Shown here piece after piece: positions 1 to 9,667 of a stretch of DNA of 59,244 nt (position 1 is the stretch's first letter; every line of letters starts with the position of its first letter). The position numbers were made by a program, and so were the translations under genes. Under the pieces are notes generated by a model that searched no databases, was not told the DNA's origin, and was given only the letters and a program-made list of their open reading frames with translations. The stretch covers positions 1 through 59,244 of the forward strand of contig JAXLNO010000568.1 in NCBI GenBank assembly GCA_038087875.1, in the 5' to 3' direction. Source of the DNA: Malacoraja senta. Its lineage: Eukaryota.

Positions 1-266
1 AATAGACAATAGACAACAGGTGCAGGAGTAGAGGCCATTCGGCCCTTCCCGCCAGCACTGCCATTCAATGTGATCATGGCTGATCATCCCCAATCAGTAC
101 CCCGTTCCTGCCTTCTCCCCATATCCCCTGACTCCGCTATCTTTAAAAGGCCTATCTAGCTCTCTCTTGAAAGCATCCAGAGAACCTGCCTCCATTGCCC
201 TCTGAGGCAGAGAATTCCACAGACTCACAACTCTCTGTGAGAAAAAGTATTTCCTCATCTCCGTTT
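1..266 (-). mobile_element. CR1 LINE 3' fragment (ORF2 C-terminus, 3' UTR, microsatellite tail)
   Basis: Reverse strand encodes ...SGVRGYGEKAGTGY* followed by the 3' UTR and (ctattgt)n tail also seen at 45301-45560. Confidence 0.9.
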
Positions 267-700
267 CCTAGTCAATCTAAATTGAATACTTTTGTTCCCG
301 TTTCGCCGGCAACGTCCTGGGACCGTTTGAGAATATTGAATGTCCCTTGCCATTGTGTTGCCTTCTCTGTTCATTAACTCACTAGCGAGGTCTGATTTAG
401 TTGAGAACATTTTACCAGTGGTCGGAGGTAATTGAGTCAAACATTAAAAAGGCGGAGTACAGATGAATGATTTGGGACAATAGCAGTTGAATATGGTGGT
501 GAAATCCCAGATTACTGAAGTGACAATATTCCAGCTGCAGAGTCCACCAAGTGAATGTATTTTCCCCGTGTAATTGTGTGCGGCCAATTGTAAAATGCCC
601 CAGGGTCAGGAGTTTCAAACTGGCCAACTCAATACAACATTTGCCAACTACCAATTTACTGATCCTTAGTCTAAAACTGCACCTTGTTTCCAAACAGAGA

Positions 701-797
701 ATGTACAAAATGACGCCGAGGTTTCTCTGCAACAGTTTGCCTGCAGGTTTGATGTTGGGTTTCTTTGTTTTCCTGCTTCGACCAGTTTCCACACAGA
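701..797 (+). CDS. Ig-superfamily receptor, leader (signal peptide) exon
   Basis: Acceptor ccttgtttccaaacag ends at 697; ATG at 701; MYKMTPRFLCNSLPAGLMLGFFVFLLRPVSTQ has a hydrophobic core; phase-1 donor GTAAGT at 798 joins in frame to the exon at 1778. Confidence 0.75.
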
Positions 798-892
798 GTA
801 AGTACTTTCTCTTCACCGGTCACAATCACCTTGCATTAATTATCATTGTCCGTGTAAACCCGCACCCTATTGTCAATCTCGCTTTACTCTCA

Positions 893-1190
893 ACATCCCT
901 GAATGTGTTGCTGCCTCATAAATCCACACCATCCTTCCTGGACCTCCATTCCACATCCCTGAATGTGTTGCTGCCTCATAAACCCACACCATCCTTCCTG
1001 GACCTCCATTCCACATCCCTGAATGTGTTGCTGCCTCATAAATCCACACCATCCTTCCTGGACCTCCATTCCACATCCCTGTATGTGTTGCTGCCTCACA
1101 AATCCACACCATCCTTCCTGGACCTCCATTCCACATCCCTGTATGTGTTGCTGCCTCACAAATCCACACCATCCTTGCTGGACCTCCATT
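893..1190. repeat. 60-bp minisatellite, about 5 copies, intronic
   Basis: Unit acatccctgaatgtgttgctgcctcataaatccacaccatccttcctggacctccattcc repeats with period 60. Confidence 0.95.
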
Positions 1191-1214
1191 TCTGAGCCCA
1201 TCCCATCAACTCTC

Positions 1215-1480
1215 TCTCCTTCTCCTGCACCGACACGGTCCTTATCAAAGTCAGAAATGGCCTCCTGTGAACTTGTTGCAGAGTTAAACTCTCCCTCCTC
1301 ATCCCGCTCAGCCTCTGCAGCCTTTGACATGGTGGCCCACACTATCCTCCCCAACATCTCCTCATCACAGTCCAGGTGGGTGGAACTGCCCTCGACTTAT
1401 CGATGCAGTCGCAGCCCGAGAACCAGACGCAATGTCTTCACTTCACGCTCCCACAAAGTCCCTTCAAAACCAGGTGTTGT
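1215..1480 (+). mobile_element. Old degenerate L2-type LINE RT fragment
   Basis: Broken translation gives T.TVLIKV.N.LL...LSLLI...SAAFDMVAHTIL...GGTALD, matching the L2 RT motif STETALxKVxND...LDLSAAFDTVDH. Confidence 0.6.
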
Positions 1481-1777
1481 TCCTCCACTAACCCCAACAC
1501 AACCCCCTATCCCCACCTCCGTCTCCCCCCCTCCCTCCCTCCCACTCACTCACTCACTCACTCACTTCTCTCATGTGATGAAATATCCCTGCATCAATCA
1601 GGCCAGGTTATTCCACACACACATCTCTTCACAAACAGTGACTTCCTCGCTGGGGTTTCCAAGGAAGATCACAACTGTCTGGAATTAAATTCAGTTCAAA
1701 ATTAATGATTACAGATATGGGGTGGGTGGGGAAAATGTGTTTTAAATGTTATTCTTCATTGTTCGTATTCGCAACAG

Positions 1778-2107
1778 AAAACAGAAATCGAATGTATTTC
1801 TTGGATAATAGAGACGACATTGTGTTAAACGGACCAGACAATGCTGAGAAAAACACTGTTGTTGTCTGGGAATGGAAACCACACTCAGGGAAGGAAATTG
1901 GAAAATTGTCGACTATTAGAAGAATGAGGAACTATTGGATCAAAGATAACGCCACTGGCAACTTGTACCCGGAGACGAGTGTGAATCAGAATACCCTTGA
2001 TCTAACAATTGATAAACCCACATTTAAATTGGCGGGAATTTTCACTTTGACTCAAACAAAACCGAGAAAGCAAATCCTGAAACAATATGAAATATTTGTG
2101 ATGAAAG
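1778..2107 (+). CDS. Ig-superfamily receptor, domain 1 exon (V-like, no cysteines)
   Basis: AG at 1776-1777, GT at 2108; 330 nt, phase 1-1, open. DIVLNGP..VWEWK..LDLTIDKPTFKLAGIFTL aligns to Ig strands B, C, E and F. Confidence 0.8.
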
Positions 2108-2660
2108 GTGAATGGATGCGATAAGGATCAATAATGTTGAATTAATCTCTGTAAATATTGTCACCTATAATGAATGATGAGAGATGGCGGGAATTGTGAG
2201 ACTTCTTCCACCCTGTGAAAAGTCAAACAACTGGGGAAGTGATTTACTTCATTGATTCTGTAATGATCAGCAGGGATGTGTGATAATAGTTTGATGACTT
2301 CACTGGGAACAGCAAATCAATGAATCTAGCCGCAGCGAATACGATAGTCTTCTTGCCGGCACACGGTAAGGTGATCGCGGCAAGCAAGGTGGTATGGAAC
2401 TAATGTGTCCGTGTAGTGGTCCAGGGGTGACACTGCTACTTAATGTTACCCTGTGACCAGGTGGATGGAAGTTCATCCATCACCTGTGGAACATGGGCTC
2501 TGCCATAGAGTTCACCTCTTGAGACCAATCGGACACACCTAGAAGGAGTGGAAATAGATGCATTTTCAACAGTTTGTGAATATGTGAAACAGAGCATGTG
2601 TAAATACAACAACGCCTGTATGTTGCCGGTTCCACCTGCAGTCCCACGGTGAATAGCGTT

Positions 2661-3292
2661 GTTCAAATTCCTGGGCGTGCATATTTCCGAAGATCTCTCC
2701 TGGTCCCAGAACTCTGAGGCAATTATAAAGGAAGTACATCAATGCCTCTACTTCCTGAGAAGATTACGGAGAGTCGGTTTGTCAAGGAGGACTCTCTCGA
2801 ACTTCTACAGGTGCACAGTAGAGAGCATGCTGACCGCTTGCATCGTGGCTTGGTTCGGCAACCTGAACGTCCAGGAGCGGGAAAGGCTGCAAAAAGTTGT
2901 AAACACTGCCCAGTCCATCATCGGCTCTGACCTTCCTTCCATCGAGAGGATCTATCGCAGTCGCTGCCTCAAAAAGGCTGGCAGCATCATCAAGGGCCCA
3001 CACCATCCTGGCCACACACTCATCTCTCCACTACCTTCAGGTAGAAGGAACAGGAGTCTGAAATCTGCAACATCCAGGTTCAGGAATAGCATCTTCCCCA
3101 CAGCCATCAGACTATTAAACTCAACTTCAAACAAACTCTGAACTATAACAGCCTATAGCACTACCTATTTATTTATGTGTGTATATATAAATATTCTATA
3201 GTATATGGACACATTGATCTGTTCTGTATTTATGCCTACAATATTCTGTTGTGTTGCAGCAAGCAAGAATGTCATTGTCCTATCTGGGACGA
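2661..3292 (+). mobile_element. Rex1/Babar LINE 3' fragment
   Basis: FKFLGVHISEDLSWS...LYFLRRLRR...TSRFRNSIFPTAIRLLN; same family as 42975-43912. Confidence 0.88.
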
Positions 3293-3342
3293 CTTGTACA
3301 AACCACTACTCATTCTGAATCTCATTGATCTGTTATTCACAG

Positions 3343-3612
3343 TTGAGGCAAGTCCACAGAGGCCTCTGCTGGGCAGTGACGTCACACTCAGCTGCACCAT
3401 CTCTAGACTCTCAGATACAGTCAGTCTTCACTGGAGACCCATGGACTCATCCCAGCAGAACAGGAGCAACACTGATCAGATTCGCCTGGATAACATGGTC
3501 TATCTGATGGTTCAACACGTTACAATGGAGGATGGGAAGCTGTATGTGTGTGAAGTGCGGGAAAACAAAAACATTCTTCACACAAGTAACGGAGATTTTA
3601 CTGTAAACACCA
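3343..3612 (+). CDS. Ig-superfamily receptor, domain 2 exon (C2-type)
   Basis: Acceptor tgttattcacag, donor GTGAGT at 3613; 270 nt, phase 1-1. VEASPQRPLLGSDVTLSC..LHW..EDGKLYVC has the canonical C-W-C. Confidence 0.92.
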
Positions 3613-3638
3613 GTGAGTGCAAAAACCTCCCATTGGAT

Positions 3639-4564
3639 ATAGAAACATAGACAATAGGTGCAGGGGAGGCCATTCGGCCCTTCGAGCCAGCACCGCCATT
3701 GAATGTGATCATGGCTGATCGTCCCCAATCAATTACCCGTGCCTGCCTTCTCCCCATATCCCTTGACTCCACAGGAACTGATCCTGAATCTATTGAACAT
3801 TGTAAAATGATCACCAATGCATCCACTATTTCTAGAGCCACCTCCCCGAGGACCCTGGGATGCAGACCATCAGGTCCAGGGGATTTATCATCCTTCAGTC
3901 CCATTACCCGACCCAATACCATTTGTCGCCTAATACAAATTTCTTTCAGTTCCTCTACCCCCTTAGATCCTCTGTCCTCCAGTACATCTGGGAGATTGTT
4001 TGTGTCTTCCTTAGTGAAGACAGATCCGAAGTACCTGTTCAACACTTCTGCTATTCCCTTGTTGCCCATAATAATTTCACCCGTGTCTGCCTTCAAGGGA
4101 CCCACGTTTGACTTTGCTACTCTTTTTTCTTTAACATATCTAAAGAATCTTTTACTGTCCTTCTTTACATTCCTGGCCAGCGTCCCTGCATACTTCATCT
4201 TTTCAGCCCGTATTGCCCGTTTTGTTTCCTTCTGTTGTCCTATGAAGGTTTCCCAATCCTCTGGCTTCCGGCTACACTTTGCTGTGTTGCACATCTTTTC
4301 TTTTAGTTTTATTCTATCCCTAACTTCTCTTGTCAGCCACGGTTGCCACCTACTCCCCTTAGAATGTTTCTTCCTTTTTGGAATGAAATGATCCTGCGCC
4401 TTCCGGATTATGCCCAGAAATTCCTGCCATTGCTTTTCCACCGTCATTCCTGCTAGGATCCCTTTCCAGTCTACTTTGGCCAGCTCCCCTCTCATGCCTT
4501 CATAGTCCCCTTTGTTCAACTGCATTACTGACACTTCCGATTTAACCTTCTCCTTCACAAATTG
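3639..4564 (-). mobile_element. CR1 LINE, 5'-truncated and internally deleted
   Basis: ORF 3578..4735 contains KSPGPDGLHPRVL; mid-ORF2 is fused at about 3770 directly to the 3' end and tail. Confidence 0.92.
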
Positions 4565-4633
4565 AGTAGACACTTGTATCACGGTGCTTCTTGTAATATT
4601 ATATGTGCGCTCCGTGAAGAACTGTGGCAGTGC

Positions 4634-4811
4634 ATGGGAAGCTGTATGTGTGTGATGTGCGGGAAAACGGAAACATTCTTCACACAAGTAACGGAGATTT
4701 AACTGTAAACAACGGTGAGTGTGTACACCTCCCATTGGGTATCAAGTAGACACTTATATCATGGTGCTTCTTGTAATATTATGTGTGTGTCCTGTGAAGA
4801 ACTGTGGCAGT
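4634..4811 (+). repeat. Tandem partial duplicate of the domain 2 exon 3' end plus downstream intron
   Basis: Matches 3532-3640 plus 4565-4631; encodes GKLYVCDVRENGNILHTSNGDLTVN and keeps a GTGAGT donor at 4715. Confidence 0.9.
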
Positions 4812-4974
4812 TACCAACTGCTCTCCAGTATAAAATGCTGCAATGATCAGGGAGACGTTTCCAGAAAGTCTCTGTGTGGAGCAGCTGCCTGCTTGTCTCT
4901 GTGTGACAGACACACAGCACAGGAGGGGGATGTCTTTCTGTAACCATTGTTCAGTAATGTATGTTGCCAGTTTA

Positions 4975-5378
4975 TCTTGCCATCAATGCTCCAGTATCTG
5001 AGATACTGATACAGGACTCATCTTGCCATCAATGCTCCAGTATCTGAGACTGAGATACTGATATAGGACTCATCTTGCCATCAATGCTCCAGTATCTGAG
5101 ACTGAGATACTGATACAGGACTCATCTTGCCATCAATGCTCCAGTATCTGAGACACTGATACAGGACTCATCTTGCCATCAATGCTCCAGTATCTGAGAC
5201 TGAGATACTGATACAAGACTCATCTTGTCATCAATGCTCCAGTATCTGAGACTGAGATACTGATACAGGACTCATCTTGCCATCAATGCTCCAGTATCTG
5301 AGACTGAGATACTGATACAAGACTCATCTTGTCATCAATGCTCCAGTATCCGAGACTGAGATACTGATACAGGACTCA
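4975..5378. repeat. 46/52-bp minisatellite, 8 copies, intronic
   Basis: Unit tcttgccatcaatgctccagtatctgag(actgag)atactgatacaggactca. Confidence 0.95.
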
Positions 5379-5763
5379 CATCAAAGTGTCAGATAGAAAG
5401 TGTGGTCACCAGCACTTGCTGCTCACACTCACACTGGGAGTCCCAACCCACACATCAACACTGAACAACAATCCATCCCCTCTCCCACACTGACCCTTCC
5501 TGGACAGTCTGGGTGTGGGGGCCAACCTCATGTTGAAATGTAGAGTGGAATATCCAAACTTCACTGCAACTTACTGCCGTACAGCACATTGTATTTTATA
5601 CAGATCTGATGAGTTTAGTGCGGCATTAATGAAAGATGTTACATTTGAAACTTGATCAGTTGAACAAAACACCACAAATGTTTATAAGAATACGGTTGAG
5701 AATTTGTGTATGGCACAGTAACTGTAATACTGAAAGGAGTTATCCTCTGTCTCTCTGATACAG

Positions 5764-6110
5764 ATTTATATAGGGAGAGATACACACTTTACCGCTCCAG
5801 CACCGATCACAGTGAACTTCACCTGGTTTGTTCTGGGAGTAATGGTGATGGTTATTCCCGTGCTCAGTGGGCCTGGACACCTCATCACCATCAACAACAC
5901 AAAGTAATAAGATCTGCAGAAGGTTCTCAGCCCATAATCATCAATGTCAATGGGACCAACTTCGTGAATCGACTGGTGACCTCAGGGAAACTCTTCGATG
6001 GCAAGGATTCAGTGTGAGGATTGTCCCTGTTGTGTTTCAAGATGCCGGAGTTTACATCTGTTTTCTGGAACAAAATCCATTTCCCACCATTGATCTCATC
6101 ACAGTGAAAG
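5764..6110 (+). CDS. Ig-superfamily receptor, domain 3 exon (V-type), with a 1-nt frameshift near 6008
   Basis: Acceptor ctctctgatacag, donor GTAGGA at 6111. LHLVC..AQWAW..FDGKD is in one frame and FSVRIVPVVFQDAGVYIC..IDLITVK in the next; length 347 nt, one short of a multiple of 3. Confidence 0.88.
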
Positions 6111-6188
6111 GTAGGAGTCAGAATGTTGTCACTGAGTTTACTGATGAACTTATTGTTTAAAATGTAAACAACCTGCTTGTTTCCACAG

Positions 6189-6446
6189 TCACAGCTGAAC
6201 CGTCTGATGCAGTGACTGAGGGAGACAACGTTACCCTGACCTGCTCTGTGTCTAACGTCATTGGGTCAATGAGACTGGTTTGGATCAATGGCGATGGCAA
6301 ACATGTTGGAGAAAAGACACTGACCAGGAAAGAGAAATCACCGAGTCTGGTTATTCAGAAAGCTGAGAGAGGCAGAGGGAACTGGAGATGTGTTTTGTTT
6401 GATCAAGACCTGCCCCGGCTTTTTGTCCCATATCAGAAGCCCAGTG
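6189..6446 (+). CDS. Ig-superfamily receptor, domain 4 exon (C2-type, WxC motif)
   Basis: Acceptor cttgtttccacag, donor GTAAGT at 6447; 258 nt, phase 1-1. VTAEPSDAVTEGDNVTLTC..LVW..GNWRC. Confidence 0.92.
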
Positions 6447-6611
6447 GTAAGTGATAAGGGTTTGTTCTTCATACTTAGAGTCATGATTGAGTTTCGATGT
6501 CCTGACATTTGAAAGGGGAATATAGTTGTACCTTGACTGTATGAAATACTTGACATTAGAGGCATTTCCAAACAAAATTCTAACCGCAGATTTCACAAGG
6601 ACCAATAACAA

Positions 6612-6761
6612 CCTTTTTCATGTATCGTCTTTTTGCGTGTGGCGTGCACAGCCTAAAGTTGTTGGACAACTTGTTCTATTTGATCTTCCGTTTGTACACA
6701 TCGAGTTGATTGCATTAGTTGAAACAGGGCGGACCACGTGATGGTTGCAAACTTCCACCCC
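6612..6761 (-). mobile_element. Short interspersed repeat (SINE-like)
   Basis: Reverse strand ggggtggaag..gcaacc..cacgtggtccgccctgtttc..caactttaggctgtgcacgcc with an A-rich end; recalled as a common skate repeat, not verified. Confidence 0.45.
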
Positions 6762-6773
6762 TTTTTCCTGTAT

Positions 6774-7119
6774 AATAGTAAGATTAAACGAGAACTTACC
6801 TAAGTTTGAAGTTTGATCTTTATTTTATGAGGAGTTACGTAGGTGATTACGTGAAGAACCCCGCCAGTGCGCCTGCGCGTCAATCTTCAAAGCAGCGGTG
6901 TGAAATCACAAAAAACAACAACCGAAGTAATATAGTCACATAATAAAATGAGTAATACAAGAACTTCCATCTGACCTTTATGATAGAGGGTAGGGTCGTG
7001 GTGGGCACGTAATCACCTACGTAACTCCTCATAAAATAAAGATCAAACTTCAAACTTAGGTAAGTTCTCGTTTAATCTTACTATTTTACTTCGGAGTCAC
7101 GTGAGTGACTACGTGAAGA
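6774..7119. repeat. DIRS right terminus plus internal complementary region (ICR), copy 1
   Basis: 6774-6853 is the reverse complement of 7006-7085 (80 bp); 7083-7118 is complementary to the left terminus at 12898-12934; 6851-6882 is complementary to 12872-12903. Confidence 0.92.
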
Positions 7120-7287
7120 TTTTAAAGCTTTGTGATTTCATGCCGTGGATCAATCCCGGCTTCTCACTGCATAGATTGACTCGGAACGAGAATAATCAAT
7201 CATGCATTCATAATAACATTTGTACCACAAATGCAGTAATTCATTTCAATAATGAAATTAATCAGATCCCCTTTAAACCAGAGGAAT

Positions 7288-8150
7288 TTACACAGAACTT
7301 AAAATAGTTTCTGCAAACAACCCCGCATTAACAATAGGCCGATGGTAAAAATGTTGAAACATCAACTCAATGGACCACCCGGCGGCTGCGAGGATATGGT
7401 CGACGGGGACGTCTTTTGCCCTGGCCGCCGACGTTTCTGCTGCCCTAGTCGAGTGAGACGTAAAAACATAAGTGTTAATACCAGCAGCTGTTAAGACTTC
7501 TTTTATCCATCTGGAAATAGTCTGTATTGAAACTCTCTTGTGTGGTTTCTTGTGTGTGATCAACAACCCAGTTTCCGTATTCTCAAATTCTTTGTGACCT
7601 CAATGTATTGTAATAAATATGTCTTAATACAGAGACATGGATCATTTGGATATGCTGCTAGCATAATTTTAAATCCTGTCACACCTGGCCTAATTTACTT
7701 TAGTAGGTCATAGATATAGAATGTAACCTTGTCTTCAGTTACTTCCATACTGTCTATTTGTAATTTTCCAAGTGTTTGCACTCGTTGCCCTGTCACTCAT
7801 GCCATAAGCATGAATACTTTCATACTGAGCTTGACCAATGGTAAAGACACACTTGATGACCATTCACGAAGTAGTTTCAGTACCACACTTACATCCCAGA
7901 TTGTCACGTACCTAGGTTTCGGTGGTTTGGAATTAAAGATTCCTTTCATTAGTCTGGAAATAATTGGGTGTGACCCAATTGGGTTTCTTTCTGAATCCAG
8001 AACCAAATATGAGGACAATGCACATCTGGCTGAATTAATTGCACTACAACTCAGACCTTCATCATAATAAAGTTTTGACAGAAATTCTAAACATTTGAAA
8101 TATCTGCAGTACTTTATTGCACATTCTTTTGTACACAGAATTCTTCCCAT
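7288..8150 (-). pseudogene. DIRS tyrosine recombinase, copy 1 (disrupted)
   Basis: ORF pieces AINSARCALS..HPIISRLMKGIFNSKP..YVTIWDV and RWIKEVL..HSTRAA..AAGWS..FYHRPI. Confidence 0.85.
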
Positions 8151-8290
8151 TTCTTAATATAAGAAATGTACTGTTTTTAAGTGCTCTTCCTCCAGGCTGC
8201 CGTAAGCATGTCCACAGTATGCTCAGACAGTCCTCGTCCCAGAAAAGGCATTCGTAAAACCTGCAAATCAACAAATCCAAACGATCATAT

Positions 8291-8636
8291 AATAGTAAGA
8301 TTAAACGAGAACTTACCTAAGTTTGAAGTTTGATCTTTATTTTATGAGGAGTTACGTAGGTGATTACGTGAAGAACCCCGCCAGTGCGCCTGCGCGTCAA
8401 TCTTCAAAGCAGCGGTATGAAATCACAAAAAACAACAACCGAAGTAATATAGTCTCATAATAAAACGAGTAATACAAGAACTTCCATCTGACCTTTATGA
8501 TAGAGGGTAGGGTCGTGGTGGGCACGTAATCACCTACGTAACTCCTCATAAAATAAAGATCAAACTTCAAACTTAGGTAAGTTCTCGTTTAATCTTACTA
8601 TTTTACTTCGGAGTCACGTGAGTGACTACGTGAAGA
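8291..8636. repeat. DIRS right terminus plus ICR, copy 2
   Basis: Near-identical to 6774-7119 at offset 1517. Confidence 0.92.
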
Positions 8637-8804
8637 TTTTAAAGCTTTGTGATTTCATGCCGTGGATCAATCCCGGCTTCTCACTGCATAGATTGACTCG
8701 GAACGAGAATAATCAATCATGCATTCATAATAACATTTGTACCACAAATGCAGTAATTCATTTCAATAATGAAATGAATCAGATCCCCTTTAAACCAGAG
8801 GAAT

Positions 8805-9667
8805 TTACACAGAACTTAAAATAGTTTCTGCAAACAACCCCGCATTAACAATAGGCCGATGGTAAAAATGTTGAAACATCAACTCATTGGACCACCCGGC
8901 GGCTGCGAGGATATGGTCGACGGGGACGTCTTTTGCCCTGGCCGCCGACATTTCTGCTGCCCTAGTCGAGTGAGACGTAAAAACATAAGTGTTAATACCA
9001 GCAGCTGTTAAGACTTCTTTTATCCATCTGGAAATAGTCTGTATTGAAACTCTCTTGTGTGGTTTCTTGTGTGTGATCAACAACCCAGTTTCCGTATTCT
9101 CAAATTCTTTGTGACCTCAATGTATTGTAATAAATATGTCTTAATACAGAGACATGGATCATTTGGATATGCTGCTAGCATAATTTTAAATCCTGTCACA
9201 CCTGGCCTAATTTACTTTAGTAGGTCATAGATATAGAATGTAACCTTGTCTTCAGTTACTTCCATACTGTCTATTTGTAATTTTCCAAGTGTTTGCACTC
9301 GTTGTGCTGTCACTCATGCCATAAGAATGAATACTTTCATACTGAGCTTGACCAAAGGTAAAGACACACTTGATGACCATTCACGAAGTAGTTTCAGTAC
9401 CACATTTACATCCCAGATTGTCACATACCTAGGTTTCAGTGGTTTGGAATTAAAGATTCCTTTCATTAGTCTGGAAACAATTGGGTGTGACCCAATTGGG
9501 TTTCTTTCTGAATCCGGAACCAAATATGAGGACAATGCACTTCTGGCTGAATTAATTGCACTACAACTCAGACCTTCATCATAATAAAGTTTTGACAGAA
9601 ATTCTAAACATTTGAAATATCTGCAGTACTTTATTGCACATTCTTTTGTACACAGAACTCTTCCCAT
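8805..9667 (-). pseudogene. DIRS tyrosine recombinase, copy 2 (disrupted)
   Basis: Same ORF pieces as copy 1 with a few substitutions. Confidence 0.85.

Noticed and set aside
270..427. Possible non-coding first exon ending at GAG|gtaatt (428)
   Set aside because: Only a plausible donor; no promoter or transcript evidence can be read from the sequence.
551..1688. Overlapping repetitive ORFs of 99-221 aa
   Set aside because: Produced by the 60-bp minisatellite and the L2 relic; only 701-797 has exon signals.
3699..4391. Antisense ORFs over CR1 copies (also 34876, 38082, 45622 and others)
   Set aside because: Shadow frames of CR1 ORF2 that recur with each copy.
893..5378. Regular repeat arrays as possible CRISPR (also 44514-44710 and 47707-47885)
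   Set aside because: Units are head-to-tail with no unique spacers, there are no cas genes, and the context is eukaryotic.
701..6446. Naming the gene CD4 or LAG3
   Set aside because: D1 is not split by an intron, D2 lacks WxC, and no cytoplasmic motif is available; orthology cannot be shown from this window.
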